Positions 1 to 10,085 of a stretch of 64,000 bases of DNA are shown here, piece by piece; within the stretch, counting starts at the first letter, position 1; each line of letters begins with the position of its first letter. Source of the stretch: an uncultured Alphaproteobacteria bacterium (GTDB lineage Bacteria; Pseudomonadota; Alphaproteobacteria; Methylaequorales; Methylaequoraceae). Location of the stretch: positions 71,433 to 135,432 of the forward strand of contig CABZFH010000003.1 of assembly GCA_902524895.1 (NCBI GenBank), written 5' to 3'. Below the pieces are notes generated by a model, which did no database searches, had not been told where the DNA came from, and saw only the letters and a program-made list of their open reading frames with translations. The position numbers were made by a program, and so were the translations under genes.

Positions 1-420
1 CTTTACTACTATGAAAAAAATAGCTCAAAATATTCATATCTTTATCCTGGAGTAAAAAAAACACTTTTTATTTTATCTAAAAGAAATATAATTTTGAATG
101 TTTGTACTAATAAAAATCAATTTCTAGCTAATAAAGTACTTAAAGAATTAAAAATCAAAAATTATTTTAAGATCATTCTCGGTTCATCAAATTCTTTAAA
201 ACTTAAACCTGATACCGAAATGATTAGTTTTATAATGAAAAAATTAAGATTACACAAAAATGAAACCATAATGGTGGGTGATAGTATTAACGATATACAT
301 CCTGCTAAAGTTTTAAGTATAAGGTCATTTTTTGTAACCTACGGCTTTGGGGAAAATTTTGAATCAAATACAAAAACTAAAATCACAAGATTTAATCAAA
401 TCTTAAAACATATTAACTAG
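1..420 (+). CDS. HAD-superfamily phosphatase (phosphoglycolate phosphatase-like), 5' end outside window
   Basis: Frame 1 is open from base 1 (..YPGVKKTLFILSKRNIILNVCTNKNQ..LKPDTEM..MVGDSINDIHPAK), matching HAD motifs II-IV. The track start at 94 is only an internal TTG. Confidence 0.6.
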   Translation, partial: LYYYEKNSSKYSYLYPGVKKTLFILSKRNIILNVCTNKNQFLANKVLKELKIKNYFKIILGSSNSLKLKPDTEMISFIMKKLRLHKNETIMVGDSINDIHPAKVLSIRSFFVTYGFGENFESNTKTKITRFNQILKHIN

Positions 421-620
421 ATTTTTATTTTTTCAGTAAAAAAAAGATTTATTTCTGACAAAACAGAATATATTGTAACAATAGCAATTAAAAGTGCTAA
501 CAATCCTATTAAATAAAAGTATTTGTAAAAGTTGTTATTCATCACCACAATATACAAGTACAATATTAAATTAAAACCTAATAAAAAATAATTTAATAAT
601 AAATAGAGAAATAAGTTCAT
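417..620 (-). CDS. small hydrophobic protein (2 predicted TM), hypothetical
   Basis: 67-aa ORF, strongly hydrophobic. It fills an otherwise empty gap and overlaps the neighbour's stop by 4 nt in convergent orientation. No family recognised. Confidence 0.3.
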   Translation of the reverse strand: MNLFLYLLLNYFLLGFNLILYLYIVVMNNNFYKYFYLIGLLALLIAIVTIYSVLSEINLFFTEKIKI

Positions 621-727
621 TTTTTATTTCTTTAATTAAAAAATCATTTAACAAATAAAATTTAACTATGAATATGATACCAATACAGAAATAATATTTT
701 TAATATTTATAAGTTAAGTGTATTGTT

Positions 728-1696
728 ATGGGAAAAAAGGATTTAAAGTTGAGAATATTAAATGATTCCACCAATTCTATTAATACTGCTTCTAAATTAA
801 TTTTAAATGGTGACGCCGTTGCAGTTATGGCTGAAACTGTTTATGGTTTAGCAGTCGACGCTTCAAATAAATCAGCTATTAAAAACCTTTATTCTCTAAA
901 AAAAAGACCAAAAAATAATCCCTTAATAATCCATGTTGAATCTATAAATATGGCGCTAGAATTTGGAAAAGGAAATGAAGATTTTTTAATTTTAGCTGGC
1001 ACATTCTGGCCAGGACCACTTACAATTATTTTGCCTCAAAAAAAAAAATCCTCGATCTCAAAAGAAGCAACTGCAGGTTTAAAATCTGTAGCACTTAGAA
1101 TGCCTAAATCTAAAGTTTTTTTAAGACTAATAAAAAAAGTTGGGAAACCGCTTGCTGCGCCGAGTGCTAATCTTAGTGGATATATTTCGGCAACGGATTC
1201 AAAGCATGTGCAAGAATGTTTTAAAAATAATATAAAGTTAATTCTTGATTCTGGAAGATGTGAATATGGTCTTGAATCAACAGTTATCAATCTTACAAAA
1301 AAACCATACATTATAGAAAGAATGGGAGTAATTAACAAAGAAGAAATTTTTAAAAAAACAAAAATTTTAACAATTGAAAAAAATCAAAAAAAAAAGAAAA
1401 TAGTTTCACCAGGCCAATTATTCAAACATTATTCACCCAAGAAACCTCTACGACTAAATGCTAAATATCCAAAAATTGGTGAATCTTTTTTGGCATTTGG
1501 TAGTACCTTTGCAGATTCTAAATACTGTTTAAATTTATCAAAAAAATCTAATCTTAAAGAAGCAGCATATAATCTATTCTATTATTTGAGAAAACTTGAT
1601 AATTTAGAAAAAAAAAAGATTGCTGTTTCTCCAATTCCAATGAGAGGTTTGGGTAAAACCATTAATGAAAGATTAAGGAGAGCTTCCTTAGGATGA
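728..1696 (+). CDS. tsaC: L-threonylcarbamoyladenylate synthase (Sua5/YwlC/TsaC family, long form)
   Basis: Motifs ETVYGLAVDASN, KKRPKNNPLIIHV and LAAPSANLSG, plus a Sua5-type C-terminal domain. Confidence 0.85.
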   Translation: MGKKDLKLRILNDSTNSINTASKLILNGDAVAVMAETVYGLAVDASNKSAIKNLYSLKKRPKNNPLIIHVESINMALEFGKGNEDFLILAGTFWPGPLTIILPQKKKSSISKEATAGLKSVALRMPKSKVFLRLIKKVGKPLAAPSANLSGYISATDSKHVQECFKNNIKLILDSGRCEYGLESTVINLTKKPYIIERMGVINKEEIFKKTKILTIEKNQKKKKIVSPGQLFKHYSPKKPLRLNAKYPKIGESFLAFGSTFADSKYCLNLSKKSNLKEAAYNLFYYLRKLDNLEKKKIAVSPIPMRGLGKTINERLRRASLG

Positions 1697-3102
1697 ACAT
1701 AAAAAGTAAGCCAAATTTTAATAAAATTACTAATCAACTAACAATAAAAGAGTATACTTTCGATAAAAAAATAATACATCAACATTGTGAAGATTGGCGT
1801 AAAAAATATTTCGGTGATTCTGAATTAATACTCTTTCCTAAAACTGTTAAAAGTTTATCAAACATTGTAAAAGAATGTGCAAATCAAAAAATTTCAATTG
1901 TACCTCAAGGAGGAAATACAAGTCTTGTAGGTGGATCTGTTCCCAGAAATGGAAAGTCTGATATTATTATTAATCTAAAAAACTTAAACAAGATTAGATA
2001 TTTGGATAAATTTGGATTTTCTATTTTATTAGAAAGTGGGTGTATTCTTGAAGATATTCAGAATCTTGTTTCGAAGGAAAACCTTACCTTCCCAATTTCA
2101 ATGGGTTCTAGAGGAAGTTGTCAAATAGGTGGAAATATTGCAACCAACGCTGGAGGCTTAAATGTTATAAAGTATGGATTGTTAAGATCTAATATAATTG
2201 GCATTGAAGCAGTAATGAGCGATGGAGGTATTTACTCAGATTTAAAAAATATAAAAAAAAATAATACAGGCTATGACCTGAAACAACTTCTAATTGGCTC
2301 TGAAGGAACATTAGGAATTATCACTGCGGCGAATATTAAATTATTTCCAAGTTACAAGGACAAAAATGTTATTTTTGCAAGCTGCAATAAATTTAAAAAT
2401 ATTCTTGATCTTTATTTCTTCGTGCAAAACAATTTTTCTGATCTTTTAACCAGTTTTGAAATAATCAATAATGACGCCATGGAGCTAGTAAAAAAATATA
2501 ATAAAGATCTTACTAAATACCCTGAAAGAGGACGATATTATGTATTAATTGAAATTTCTAATTTTTTAGGAATTGATTCTTTTAAGGATTTTATAATTGA
2601 TAAATTTTTTAATTTAAAGATCACAGATGTTTCACTAATTTTTTCTAAATCTGAAAAAGAAAATCAAAATCTTTGGAAATTTAGAGAACTTATTCCACCA
2701 TCAGAAACTTTCGAAAAACTCTGCATACAACATGATATATCTTTACCCCTTGATAAAATGGAGAATTTTATTCATACAACAACAAGTGAAATACAAAATT
2801 TAATCGATAATATATATTTTATTAACTTTGGTCATATAGGAGATAATAACTTACACTTTAATATTTTGAGTGGAGAAAATACTGACATAGAAAAATTAAA
2901 TCAAAAAAAAAAATTGATTACTGATATTATATACAATAATACATATCGATTTGGTGGTAGTTTTAGCGCTGAACATGGTATCGGACAATTAAAAAAGAAA
3001 GAAATGATAAAATATAAAACCAAAGAAGAGATTAAACTAATGAGAGAGATTAAAAAGTCATTTGATCCATTAAATATTTTTAATCCAGGTAAAATATTTT
3101 AA
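1693..3102 (+). CDS. FAD-linked oxidase (GlcD / D-2-hydroxyacid dehydrogenase family)
   Basis: PQGGNTSLVGGSVP, NNTGYDLKQLLIGSEGTLGIIT, C-terminal SAEHGIGQLKK. ATGA overlap with tsaC. Confidence 0.8.
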   Translation: MNIKSKPNFNKITNQLTIKEYTFDKKIIHQHCEDWRKKYFGDSELILFPKTVKSLSNIVKECANQKISIVPQGGNTSLVGGSVPRNGKSDIIINLKNLNKIRYLDKFGFSILLESGCILEDIQNLVSKENLTFPISMGSRGSCQIGGNIATNAGGLNVIKYGLLRSNIIGIEAVMSDGGIYSDLKNIKKNNTGYDLKQLLIGSEGTLGIITAANIKLFPSYKDKNVIFASCNKFKNILDLYFFVQNNFSDLLTSFEIINNDAMELVKKYNKDLTKYPERGRYYVLIEISNFLGIDSFKDFIIDKFFNLKITDVSLIFSKSEKENQNLWKFRELIPPSETFEKLCIQHDISLPLDKMENFIHTTTSEIQNLIDNIYFINFGHIGDNNLHFNILSGENTDIEKLNQKKKLITDIIYNNTYRFGGSFSAEHGIGQLKKKEMIKYKTKEEIKLMREIKKSFDPLNIFNPGKIF

Positions 3103-4007
3103 CTCAAATAATCTTCATAAACAGTATTTGCTTCTTCACAAAGTTTTTCTATATCATTTGAAAAATAAAAAAAACCTCTAATATATAGTTTTAAATATTT
3201 AAAATATAAGTTCTTTGGCATATGTCTTTTTGCAAATCTCCAAGATCTTCCAGTTAATCTTCTAAGAGCAAATTTCTTGTATTTTTTTTGAAGAGTTTTG
3301 TTATCCTTTATAAAAAATTCTAACGCTTTTGAAACTCTGTATATTTGATTTACTTTTTTTTCTGAAATCTGTCCAGGAGCAATTTCAGGTAAGATTGCAA
3401 TATATTCATTTAACTTCGCAAAACCATCATATTTTGCTAATTTCAATGTCAGTGAATATTCTTGACTATGTTTGATTCTCTCATCGCATCCTCCTACATT
3501 TTTGCACAATTTAGTTCTAACTAAAAATTGAGATGGATTAAACATTGAATTAGTCATTGCCTTTTTCAAAGGATCCTCAATAATTTTGTAAGAATTTGTA
3601 TTTATTTTTAAATCAAGTTTGACCTTATCCAAATTGCTAACTTTTCTTTGCAAACCAAAAACCAAATTAATGTTATTGTTATTTTCAATAATTTTAATTA
3701 GGGAATCTGTTGCATTGAAAACAATAAGGTCATCTGCATCTAAAAATTTAATATATTTATATTTTGCCAATTTAATACCCACATTTGTTGCAGCTGCAGA
3801 TCCTTTATTATTTTGAGAGATTACAAATGAATTACTCATTTTTTTGATCTTTGAATTTATAATTTTCAGAGATTTATCTGTGGAACCATCATTTATAAAA
3901 ATAAATTCTCTTTTAAAAGTTCCAATTTGGTTAAACAAAGAATTAAGAACTGCATTCAAATATTTTTCTTTGTTATAGACCGGAATAATAAAAGATACTG
4001 AGGACAT
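3099..4007 (-). CDS. glycosyltransferase family 2
   Basis: N-terminal VSFIIPVYNKEKYL..NDGSTD..LDADD, the GT-A DxD signature. Confidence 0.8.
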   Translation of the reverse strand: MSSVSFIIPVYNKEKYLNAVLNSLFNQIGTFKREFIFINDGSTDKSLKIINSKIKKMSNSFVISQNNKGSAAATNVGIKLAKYKYIKFLDADDLIVFNATDSLIKIIENNNNINLVFGLQRKVSNLDKVKLDLKINTNSYKIIEDPLKKAMTNSMFNPSQFLVRTKLCKNVGGCDERIKHSQEYSLTLKLAKYDGFAKLNEYIAILPEIAPGQISEKKVNQIYRVSKALEFFIKDNKTLQKKYKKFALRRLTGRSWRFAKRHMPKNLYFKYLKLYIRGFFYFSNDIEKLCEEANTVYEDYLS

Positions 4008-4009
4008 TT

Positions 4010-4696
4010 TTATTTATTAATACTAATAAGTTCCCTTGTGTATTCTTGAGTTCCAAAAACTAACGAGTCTGTTGATTCTATTCTTTTTTCTTTAACTATT
4101 CCAATGTTAGGGCATACCCACTCATCAGAAATGATTGTAACTTTATTTGGACCGGCTCTCGTATCAGCAATAAATTCTGTTGAACCATTACCCTTCACAT
4201 GAACACACTCACTAAAATTTCCGGCTTTAACTTTAACACTTGCATTGTGGGATATGATTTTAAAATTCATATCAAATATGGTGTTAGGCTTAAAACCTCT
4301 TAATGGAGGTTGAAAACCTTTTGTGAAAAAAAGTTGATTCTTATTTTTCCAGTTTGTTATTTTGAAATCAACCGATGGATTAATTATTTTTTTAACTGGC
4401 TCTAGAAGACCTTCACTATCGTTCACAAATGCTGCTATTCTTGATAATGAATCATCTTGTTTATTTTTAAAAAATGTCAATACATCACCATTTGAATAAA
4501 GTTTAGAGAATGTTGTTCCTTTTCCGCCTATTACAGTTTTAATATTTGTTACAGAGAGTCGCATTTCATCTCTAGAATTTGTGTAATCAGAAGTTATCGA
4601 TATTTTATAGTTCCAGTGTTTTCCTTGAGTATCAGGATAATAATTATCCTCACCACTACAAGAAAACAAAAACAGAAGAAGTACAAAGGTGCCCAA
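4010..4696 (-). CDS. lipoprotein of unknown function (paralog of 29562..30272); start uncertain
   Basis: Lipobox LFLFSC followed by a soluble domain. The C-terminal half aligns with the 29562 protein (GNGSTEFI/GNGNTTFI, PNIGIVK/PKIGLIK). The track ORF runs upstream through tRNA-Phe. The only plausible start is TTG at 4696, inside the tRNA acceptor stem. Confidence 0.55.
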   Translation of the reverse strand: MGTFVLLLFLFSCSGEDNYYPDTQGKHWNYKISITSDYTNSRDEMRLSVTNIKTVIGGKGTTFSKLYSNGDVLTFFKNKQDDSLSRIAAFVNDSEGLLEPVKKIINPSVDFKITNWKNKNQLFFTKGFQPPLRGFKPNTIFDMNFKIISHNASVKVKAGNFSECVHVKGNGSTEFIADTRAGPNKVTIISDEWVCPNIGIVKEKRIESTDSLVFGTQEYTRELISINK

Positions 4697-4762
4697 GGGA
4701 GGAATTGAACCACCGACACAGCGATTTTCAGTCGCTTGCTCTACCAACTGAGCTACTTGGGC
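4690..4762 (-). tRNA. tRNA-Phe (anticodon GAA)
   Basis: Minus strand GCCCAAGTAGCTCAGTTGGTAGAGCAAGCGACTGAAAATCGCTGTGTCGGTGGTTCAATTCCTCCCTTGGGCA folds as a canonical cloverleaf with anticodon loop CTGAAAA and T-loop GGTTCAATTCC. Confidence 0.92.
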
Positions 4763-4832
4763 AAAAATATTAAATATGTTCATAATCTTTTACATATATA
4801 AACGCATAAAGGCAAATATTCTTATTTTCTTA

Positions 4833-5420
4833 TTAACTTTTTTTCCAACCTAAACCTAACAACATATTATTTAGTTCAAATATAGATAATCCTACAACAT
4901 TATAAAAGGACCCTTTAATCTTTTTTACCAATACAGATCCTTTACCTTGGATTGCATATCCTCCTGCCTTACCAACTCCTTCAAATAAAAGTTCATTGTC
5001 ATTAAAATCATAACTACATAATTTTTTAAAAAAAACTTCTGTGATGACAACTCTCTTTAATATTTTATTATTTGGAGAAATTATACATATGCCTCCATAA
5101 ACATAATGTTTTTTACCTGATAATTTTTTTAAATATTCTAAAACTTCATTTTTATTTTCAGCTTTTTCGAAAACAAATCCAGATCTATAAACGATGGTAT
5201 CTGCTGCTATAATATATTTATTCTTGATTTTATAGTGTTCTTGAACAAATTTAGCTTTTCTATAAGCTAGATCTTTTGCTTTAATTGTTATCTTGGATAT
5301 TGTACTTTTTTCGTCAACTTCGGGTTTTATGACTTTTTCTGGTTTTATTCCAATTTTCTTTAAAAGTTTTAATCTTCTTTGAGACGAAGATGCTAAAATT
5401 ATTTCTGAAGCAATATTCAA
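4833..5420 (-). CDS. maf: Maf-like nucleoside triphosphate pyrophosphatase
   Basis: ILASSSQRRLKLLKKIGI, AADTIV, KAGGYAIQG. Confidence 0.85.
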   Translation of the reverse strand: MNIASEIILASSSQRRLKLLKKIGIKPEKVIKPEVDEKSTISKITIKAKDLAYRKAKFVQEHYKIKNKYIIAADTIVYRSGFVFEKAENKNEVLEYLKKLSGKKHYVYGGICIISPNNKILKRVVITEVFFKKLCSYDFNDNELLFEGVGKAGGYAIQGKGSVLVKKIKGSFYNVVGLSIFELNNMLLGLGWKKS

Positions 5421-5424
5421 TAAT

Positions 5425-5643
5425 CTATTTGAATCTGAAGGTAATTCTGCCTTTAGTAAGGTCGTAAGGTGTCATCTCTACTGTAACTCTATCTCCAGCT
5501 AAAACTCTTATTCTAAATTTTCTCATTTTACCAGCAGTATGCGCTATTATTTCATGATCGTTGTCTAAAAGAACTCTAAACATCGCATTAGGCAACAGTT
5601 CTTTGACAGTACCATTAAACTCCATTACTTCTTCTTTAGCCAT
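5425..5643 (-). CDS. infA: translation initiation factor IF-1
   Basis: 72 aa; [46 protein letters not shown] matches the IF-1 S1 fold throughout. Confidence 0.95.
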   Translation of the reverse strand: MAKEEVMEFNGTVKELLPNAMFRVLLDNDHEIIAHTAGKMRKFRIRVLAGDRVTVEMTPYDLTKGRITFRFK

Positions 5644-5700
5644 ACTTCAACCTTAGTATATGGAATAACGCTTTTTTAAAATAAATCAACAAATTTTTGT

Positions 5701-6999
5701 TTATTTTTTTTGTATTCTGGCACTAATTGAAAGGGCATGCGCTCCGAGCCCTTCCTCTTCAGCAAGAACAATTGCGTCTGGTCCTATTTTTTTTAAGCTT
5801 TTTAGATCGCATCTTACTACTGAAGTTCTTTTCATAAAATCTAATACATTTAACCCAGAAGAGAATTTTGAAGTTCTATCTGTTGGTAAAACGTGATTTG
5901 GTCCTGCTATATAATCTCCAATAGCCTCAGGAGTATGTTTGCCCAAAAAGATTGCACCTGCGTTATTAATTTTTTTTAATATTTCATTAGCGTTTGTGAT
6001 TGTTAACTCTAAGTGCTCCGGTGCAATTAAATTAATTAAATTAATACATTCCTCTATATTTTGTACAACAATAATCTTTCCAAAATCATTCCAGCTTTTT
6101 TTGGCAATTTCTACCCTAGATAATTTTTTTAGTTCAATATTTATCTCGGTATTAACTTTTTCTGCGAAAGTCTTGCTTGGTGTAATCAATATTGATTGTG
6201 CAAATTTATCGTGTTCTGCTTGTGATAACAAATCAATTGCTATGTGTTTTGGGTTATTTCTTTCGTCTGCAACTACGAGAATTTCTGAAGGACCAGCTAT
6301 CATATCAATACCAACCGTTCCAAATACATTTTTTTTAGCCAAGGCAACATAAGCATTTCCTGGTCCAAAGATCTTATCAACTTTTTTGATTGATTTAGTT
6401 CCAAATGCCAATGCACCTATTGCTTGAGCTCCTCCAATTTTATATATCTCATTAATTCCCAAAACTTTTGCCGCGGCAAGGATTGAGGGATTCATATCAC
6501 CCTTTTGAGTGGGTACTACCATAACAATTCTTTTTACACCCGCAACAATTGCAGGAATTGCATTCATCAGCACTGACGATGGATAAGAGGCAGTTCCTCC
6601 AGGAACATATAAACCTACCGAGTTAATTGGATTCCACTTTGAACCTAATAAAACACCCTGTTTATCTTTATAAAAATCATCTTTAGGAAATTGTCTTTTG
6701 TGATAATTTTTTATTCTTTCATATGCTTTTCTTATTGCATTTATTAGTTTTTTGTTAGTTATTTTTAATGCTGTATTGATTTCATCACTTGTGACCTTCA
6801 ACTGACAAAATGAATTGACGTTAAAATTATCAAATTTCTTTGTAAGTCTTATGACTGCTTTATCTGAATTAATTTTTACATCGTGTAAGATTTTTTGAAC
6901 AACCTTCTCAATTGCAGTATTATCGAATTTTCTTTTTTTTAAAACTTTTTGAAGTTCAAAATCAAAATTTTTGCTTTTTGTTTCTAAAATTTTATTCAT
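5701..6999 (-). CDS. hisD: histidinol dehydrogenase
   Basis: 432 aa; GLYVPGGTASYPSSVLM, AGPSEILVVAD, SQAEHD, GDYIAGPNHVLPT. Confidence 0.95.
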   Translation of the reverse strand: MNKILETKSKNFDFELQKVLKKRKFDNTAIEKVVQKILHDVKINSDKAVIRLTKKFDNFNVNSFCQLKVTSDEINTALKITNKKLINAIRKAYERIKNYHKRQFPKDDFYKDKQGVLLGSKWNPINSVGLYVPGGTASYPSSVLMNAIPAIVAGVKRIVMVVPTQKGDMNPSILAAAKVLGINEIYKIGGAQAIGALAFGTKSIKKVDKIFGPGNAYVALAKKNVFGTVGIDMIAGPSEILVVADERNNPKHIAIDLLSQAEHDKFAQSILITPSKTFAEKVNTEINIELKKLSRVEIAKKSWNDFGKIIVVQNIEECINLINLIAPEHLELTITNANEILKKINNAGAIFLGKHTPEAIGDYIAGPNHVLPTDRTSKFSSGLNVLDFMKRTSVVRCDLKSLKKIGPDAIVLAEEEGLGAHALSISARIQKK

Positions 7000-7639
7000 T
7001 TATTGCTCTTTCAAATCTATTAACCCAATTAGTTATATCCGAATTCATTATTTTGTAAGCGATTTTATTCACTATAAGTCTACTAGTTATATTTAATAAA
7101 ACTTCTGTTTCAACCAGATTATTTTCTTTTAAGGTATTACCTGTTGAAACTAAATCAACAATTGTTGAGCAAATACCCAATTTAGGTGCTAATTCTATGG
7201 CTCCATTAAGTTTAATACATTCAGCTCTAATTCCCTGTTCTGCGAAGTGATTTATAACAGTTTCTTTATACTTTGTTGCAACAAGTATGTGTCCTTTTTG
7301 TTCATCTGTTTGATTTATTTCAGCCTTTGTCTTTGCCACTGATAATCTACATTTTCCAATTTTTAAATCTAAAATCGAGTAAATTTCGTTATATTGAAAT
7401 TCGTGTAAAATATCATTTCCTGCAACCCCTATTTGAGCAGCTCCGAAAGCAACAAAAGTAGCAACATCAAAAGATCTTACTCTAATGATTTCAAAGTTTT
7501 TATAATTTGTTTTGAAATAAAGTTTTCTTGTGGTTGAATCAAAAAAATCGTTTTCAATTTTTATATCCATTTTTTCTAGTAGAGGAATGAGATCATTTGA
7601 GATTCTACCTTTTGGAACAGCTAAAACTATTTTTTTCAT
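6992..7639 (-). CDS. hisG: ATP phosphoribosyltransferase (short form)
   Basis: LAVPKGR, DVATFV..G..D.G..G.D, DLVSTGNTLKEN. Overlaps hisD by 8 nt. Confidence 0.9.
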   Translation of the reverse strand: MKKIVLAVPKGRISNDLIPLLEKMDIKIENDFFDSTTRKLYFKTNYKNFEIIRVRSFDVATFVAFGAAQIGVAGNDILHEFQYNEIYSILDLKIGKCRLSVAKTKAEINQTDEQKGHILVATKYKETVINHFAEQGIRAECIKLNGAIELAPKLGICSTIVDLVSTGNTLKENNLVETEVLLNITSRLIVNKIAYKIMNSDITNWVNRFERAINE

Positions 7640-7646
7640 ATTTTTA

Positions 7647-8915
7647 TTATCCTTTGATTCTTTTTATATTTGCATTACATTTTGAAAGTTTTTTCTCAAT
7701 TTTTTCGTAACCTCTGTCCAAATGATAAACTCTATTAATAGTTGTTTTCCCCTCTGCCATCAAGCCTGCTATTATTAAACTTGACGAGGCTCTTAGATCA
7801 GTTGCCATTAGCTGAGCTCCAAAAATTTTTTTTTTTCCTTTTATTATAACTCTTGAACCTTTAATTAAAATATTTGCACCCATTCTTCTTAGTTCTGCTA
7901 TATGCATAAATCGATTTTCAAATATACTTTCTTCAATTATGGAGGTTCCTTTCGCCCTTGTCATTACTGCTGATAATTGAGCCTGTAAGTCTGTTGGAAA
8001 TCCTGGAAAAGGTAAGGTTTTGATATTGACGCTTTCAAAAATTTTTTTACTAGATTTTACGAAAATCGAAGTATTATCCTTCTTTAGCAAATCTAAATCT
8101 TTAAATTGCGCAAATGTATCTATTAAATTTTGGATAACTTCATTATTTAAATTTACCAATTCAACACTTCCAGAACAACCCAAAATCGCAAATAGATATG
8201 TTCCAGCCTCAATTCTATCTGGCATTATTTTATAATTACATCCCATCAATTTTTTTACACCTCTTATAATAATCTTTGAAGTTCCAAGGCCACTTACTTT
8301 TGCACCCATTAGTTTTAGACATCTACCAAGATCAATTATTTCTGGTTCTTGAGCAGCATTAACAATAATTGTTTTACCCTCAGCTAACGTAGCGGCCATC
8401 AATAAATTTTCTGTTGCACCAACTGACTTAAAAGGTAAAGAGATTTGTGCTCCTTTTAGATTTTTTTTTACTTTACCAATCACATAACCGTCTTTAATTT
8501 CAAAATCAACCCCCATTTTTTCAAAACTTTTTAAATGGATGTCAATAGGTCTTGCTCCAATTGCACATCCTCCTGGCAACGAAACTTTTGCTTCACCATA
8601 TCTAGAAAGCAAAGGTCCTAATACCAAAAAGGAAGCTCTCATCTTTCTAACTAATTCATAAGATGCAAAGTTACTTTTAGGTTTCTGAGATTTAATGATA
8701 ACTTTTTCTGATTTTTTACAAATATTTGAATTTAGAGATTTTAACAATTTAAGCATCGAGTTTATATCTGATAAATTAGGTATATTAGATAATTTTATTT
8801 CATTATTTGTTAACAATGATGCTGCCATAATGGGTAGTGCAGCATTTTTTGCCCCACTTATAGAAATTGTCCCGACAAGAGGTTTGCCTCCAAAAATTTC
8901 AATTTTGTCCATCAC
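7647..8915 (-). CDS. murA: UDP-N-acetylglucosamine 1-carboxyvinyltransferase
   Basis: ISGAKNAALPIM, LPGGCAIGARPIDIHL, FPGFPTDLQAQ, ATDLRASSSLIIAGL. Confidence 0.95.
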   Translation of the reverse strand: MMDKIEIFGGKPLVGTISISGAKNAALPIMAASLLTNNEIKLSNIPNLSDINSMLKLLKSLNSNICKKSEKVIIKSQKPKSNFASYELVRKMRASFLVLGPLLSRYGEAKVSLPGGCAIGARPIDIHLKSFEKMGVDFEIKDGYVIGKVKKNLKGAQISLPFKSVGATENLLMAATLAEGKTIIVNAAQEPEIIDLGRCLKLMGAKVSGLGTSKIIIRGVKKLMGCNYKIMPDRIEAGTYLFAILGCSGSVELVNLNNEVIQNLIDTFAQFKDLDLLKKDNTSIFVKSSKKIFESVNIKTLPFPGFPTDLQAQLSAVMTRAKGTSIIEESIFENRFMHIAELRRMGANILIKGSRVIIKGKKKIFGAQLMATDLRASSSLIIAGLMAEGKTTINRVYHLDRGYEKIEKKLSKCNANIKRIKG

Positions 8916-9469
8916 TAAAGTTTAGGTAAAGTTACTCCGATTTGATGCATATATTTTCCTTTTCTTTCGGAATAAGAAATTTCACATTGCTCCTTTCCTT
9001 CAAAAAAAAGAAATTGTGCGGCACCCTCATTAGCATATATTTTTGCTGGTAGTGGTGTAGTGTTTGAGAATTCAAGGGTAACATGACCTTCCCAACCTGG
9101 CTCTAATGGTGTAACATTAACTATTATCCCGCAGCGAGCATATGTTGATTTACCTACACAAATAACTAAAACATTCTTTGGAATTTTAAAATATTCTACA
9201 GTTCGTGCTAAAACAAAACTGTTTGGAGGAATAATACAATGATTGGCTTCTCTATCAACAAAACTTTCATTCATAAAGTTTTTGGGGTCAACTGTGACCG
9301 AATCTACATTTGTAAAAATCTTAAACTTATTTGATACTCTAGCATCATAACCATAAGAAGATAATCCATAAGATAAAACACCTTTATTATTTAAAGTTTT
9401 TTCAAAAGGAGTTATCATATTATTTTTTAAGGATTGCTCTTTAATCCATTTGTCAGGCATTATACTCAT
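8915..9469 (-). CDS. dcd: dCTP deaminase
   Basis: [36 protein letters not shown]. Confidence 0.9.
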   Translation of the reverse strand: MSIMPDKWIKEQSLKNNMITPFEKTLNNKGVLSYGLSSYGYDARVSNKFKIFTNVDSVTVDPKNFMNESFVDREANHCIIPPNSFVLARTVEYFKIPKNVLVICVGKSTYARCGIIVNVTPLEPGWEGHVTLEFSNTTPLPAKIYANEGAAQFLFFEGKEQCEISYSERKGKYMHQIGVTLPKL

Positions 9470-9570
9470 TTAATATTAACTCTTTTTCTTTTTTTTAAGT
9501 TTTCTCTTAAAGCATTAGACCTATCAAAATCCTTTTGTATTTTTGATTGTTTCTTTTTTTTATTCTTCAT
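9466..9570 (-). CDS. possible 34-aa highly basic micro-protein ([34 protein letters not shown])
   Basis: Not in the ORF track (<60 aa). Its stop overlaps the dcd start as ATGA, a translational-coupling geometry. It fills the only gap between dcd and the MazG-like gene. No family recognised. Confidence 0.3.
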   Translation of the reverse strand: MKNKKKKQSKIQKDFDRSNALRENLKKRKRVNIK

Positions 9571-9592
9571 AACATTTTATAATAATTAAACA

Positions 9593-9937
9593 TCAAATTT
9601 CATTATATTTTTTTGAACTACCTCTTGATAAGCTAATTGGATATTTTTTTTTATTTTTTTTGATTTTATTTAAGCAAACTTCTTCTAAATTTATATCAGC
9701 AATATCAGAAAAACGAATTAGGTATAACATAATATCAGCTACTTCATCACCAATTTTTTCTTTTAAATTTAAATCTTTTAAATCGATGCTCTTTATTTCT
9801 CTCCATTGAAATATTTCTAAAAGTTCTGAAGCCTCTATATTTATTGAACATGCAATGTTTTTTAATGTGTGAAATTGGTTCCAATCTCTGTCCTTAGCGA
9901 ACTCTCTTAACCTAGATTTTATTTTTTCACTATCCAT
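9593..9937 (-). CDS. MazG-like nucleotide pyrophosphohydrolase
   Basis: F..RDW.QFH..KN.A.SI..EA.ELLE.FQW and E.AD...YL.R, typical of the small MazG/dCTPase family. Confidence 0.8.
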   Translation of the reverse strand: MDSEKIKSRLREFAKDRDWNQFHTLKNIACSINIEASELLEIFQWREIKSIDLKDLNLKEKIGDEVADIMLYLIRFSDIADINLEEVCLNKIKKNKKKYPISLSRGSSKKYNEI

Positions 9938-10085
9938 TTTTTTAATTCCTAAAGACTTTTAATTATACCTGATGAATAAACTATGTGAATTATAATTATT
10001 TTTTAATTTTTTGTATATCAAGAAGTCAATTTGCTTTTTTTTGATTTTTATGGTGTTTTAGAATAAAAGATTAAAGGGTATTAAA

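Noticed and set aside
1036-1338. Antisense or shadow ORFs inside well-supported genes: 1036..1338, 3619..3816, 4579..4773, 5939..6352, 7273..7461, 8020..8235, 8695..8925, 10899..11147, 11265..11477, 14131..14340, 14177..14371, 16584..16823, 17199..17444, 17974..18171, 18279..18464, 19601..19891, 21017..21304, 24699..24881, 26208..26423, 32506..32724, 34881..35084, 37520..37837, 38518..38703, 41217..41411, 42836..43171, 43331..43597, 43594..43869, 43644..43883, 44136..44567, 44258..44464, 45868..46068, 47209..47439, 48558..48827, 49758..49943, 63411..63605, 63696..63887
   Set aside because: Each lies within, or almost entirely within, a longer ORF that has clear family motifs or better context. 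Their sequences are low-complexity, as expected for alternative frames of AT-rich coding DNA.
4697-4783. N-terminal 29 aa of track ORF 4010..4783 (MNIFNIFAQVAQLVEQATENRCVGGSIPPLG)
   Set aside because: This is a read-through of tRNA-Phe on the same strand, not coding sequence.
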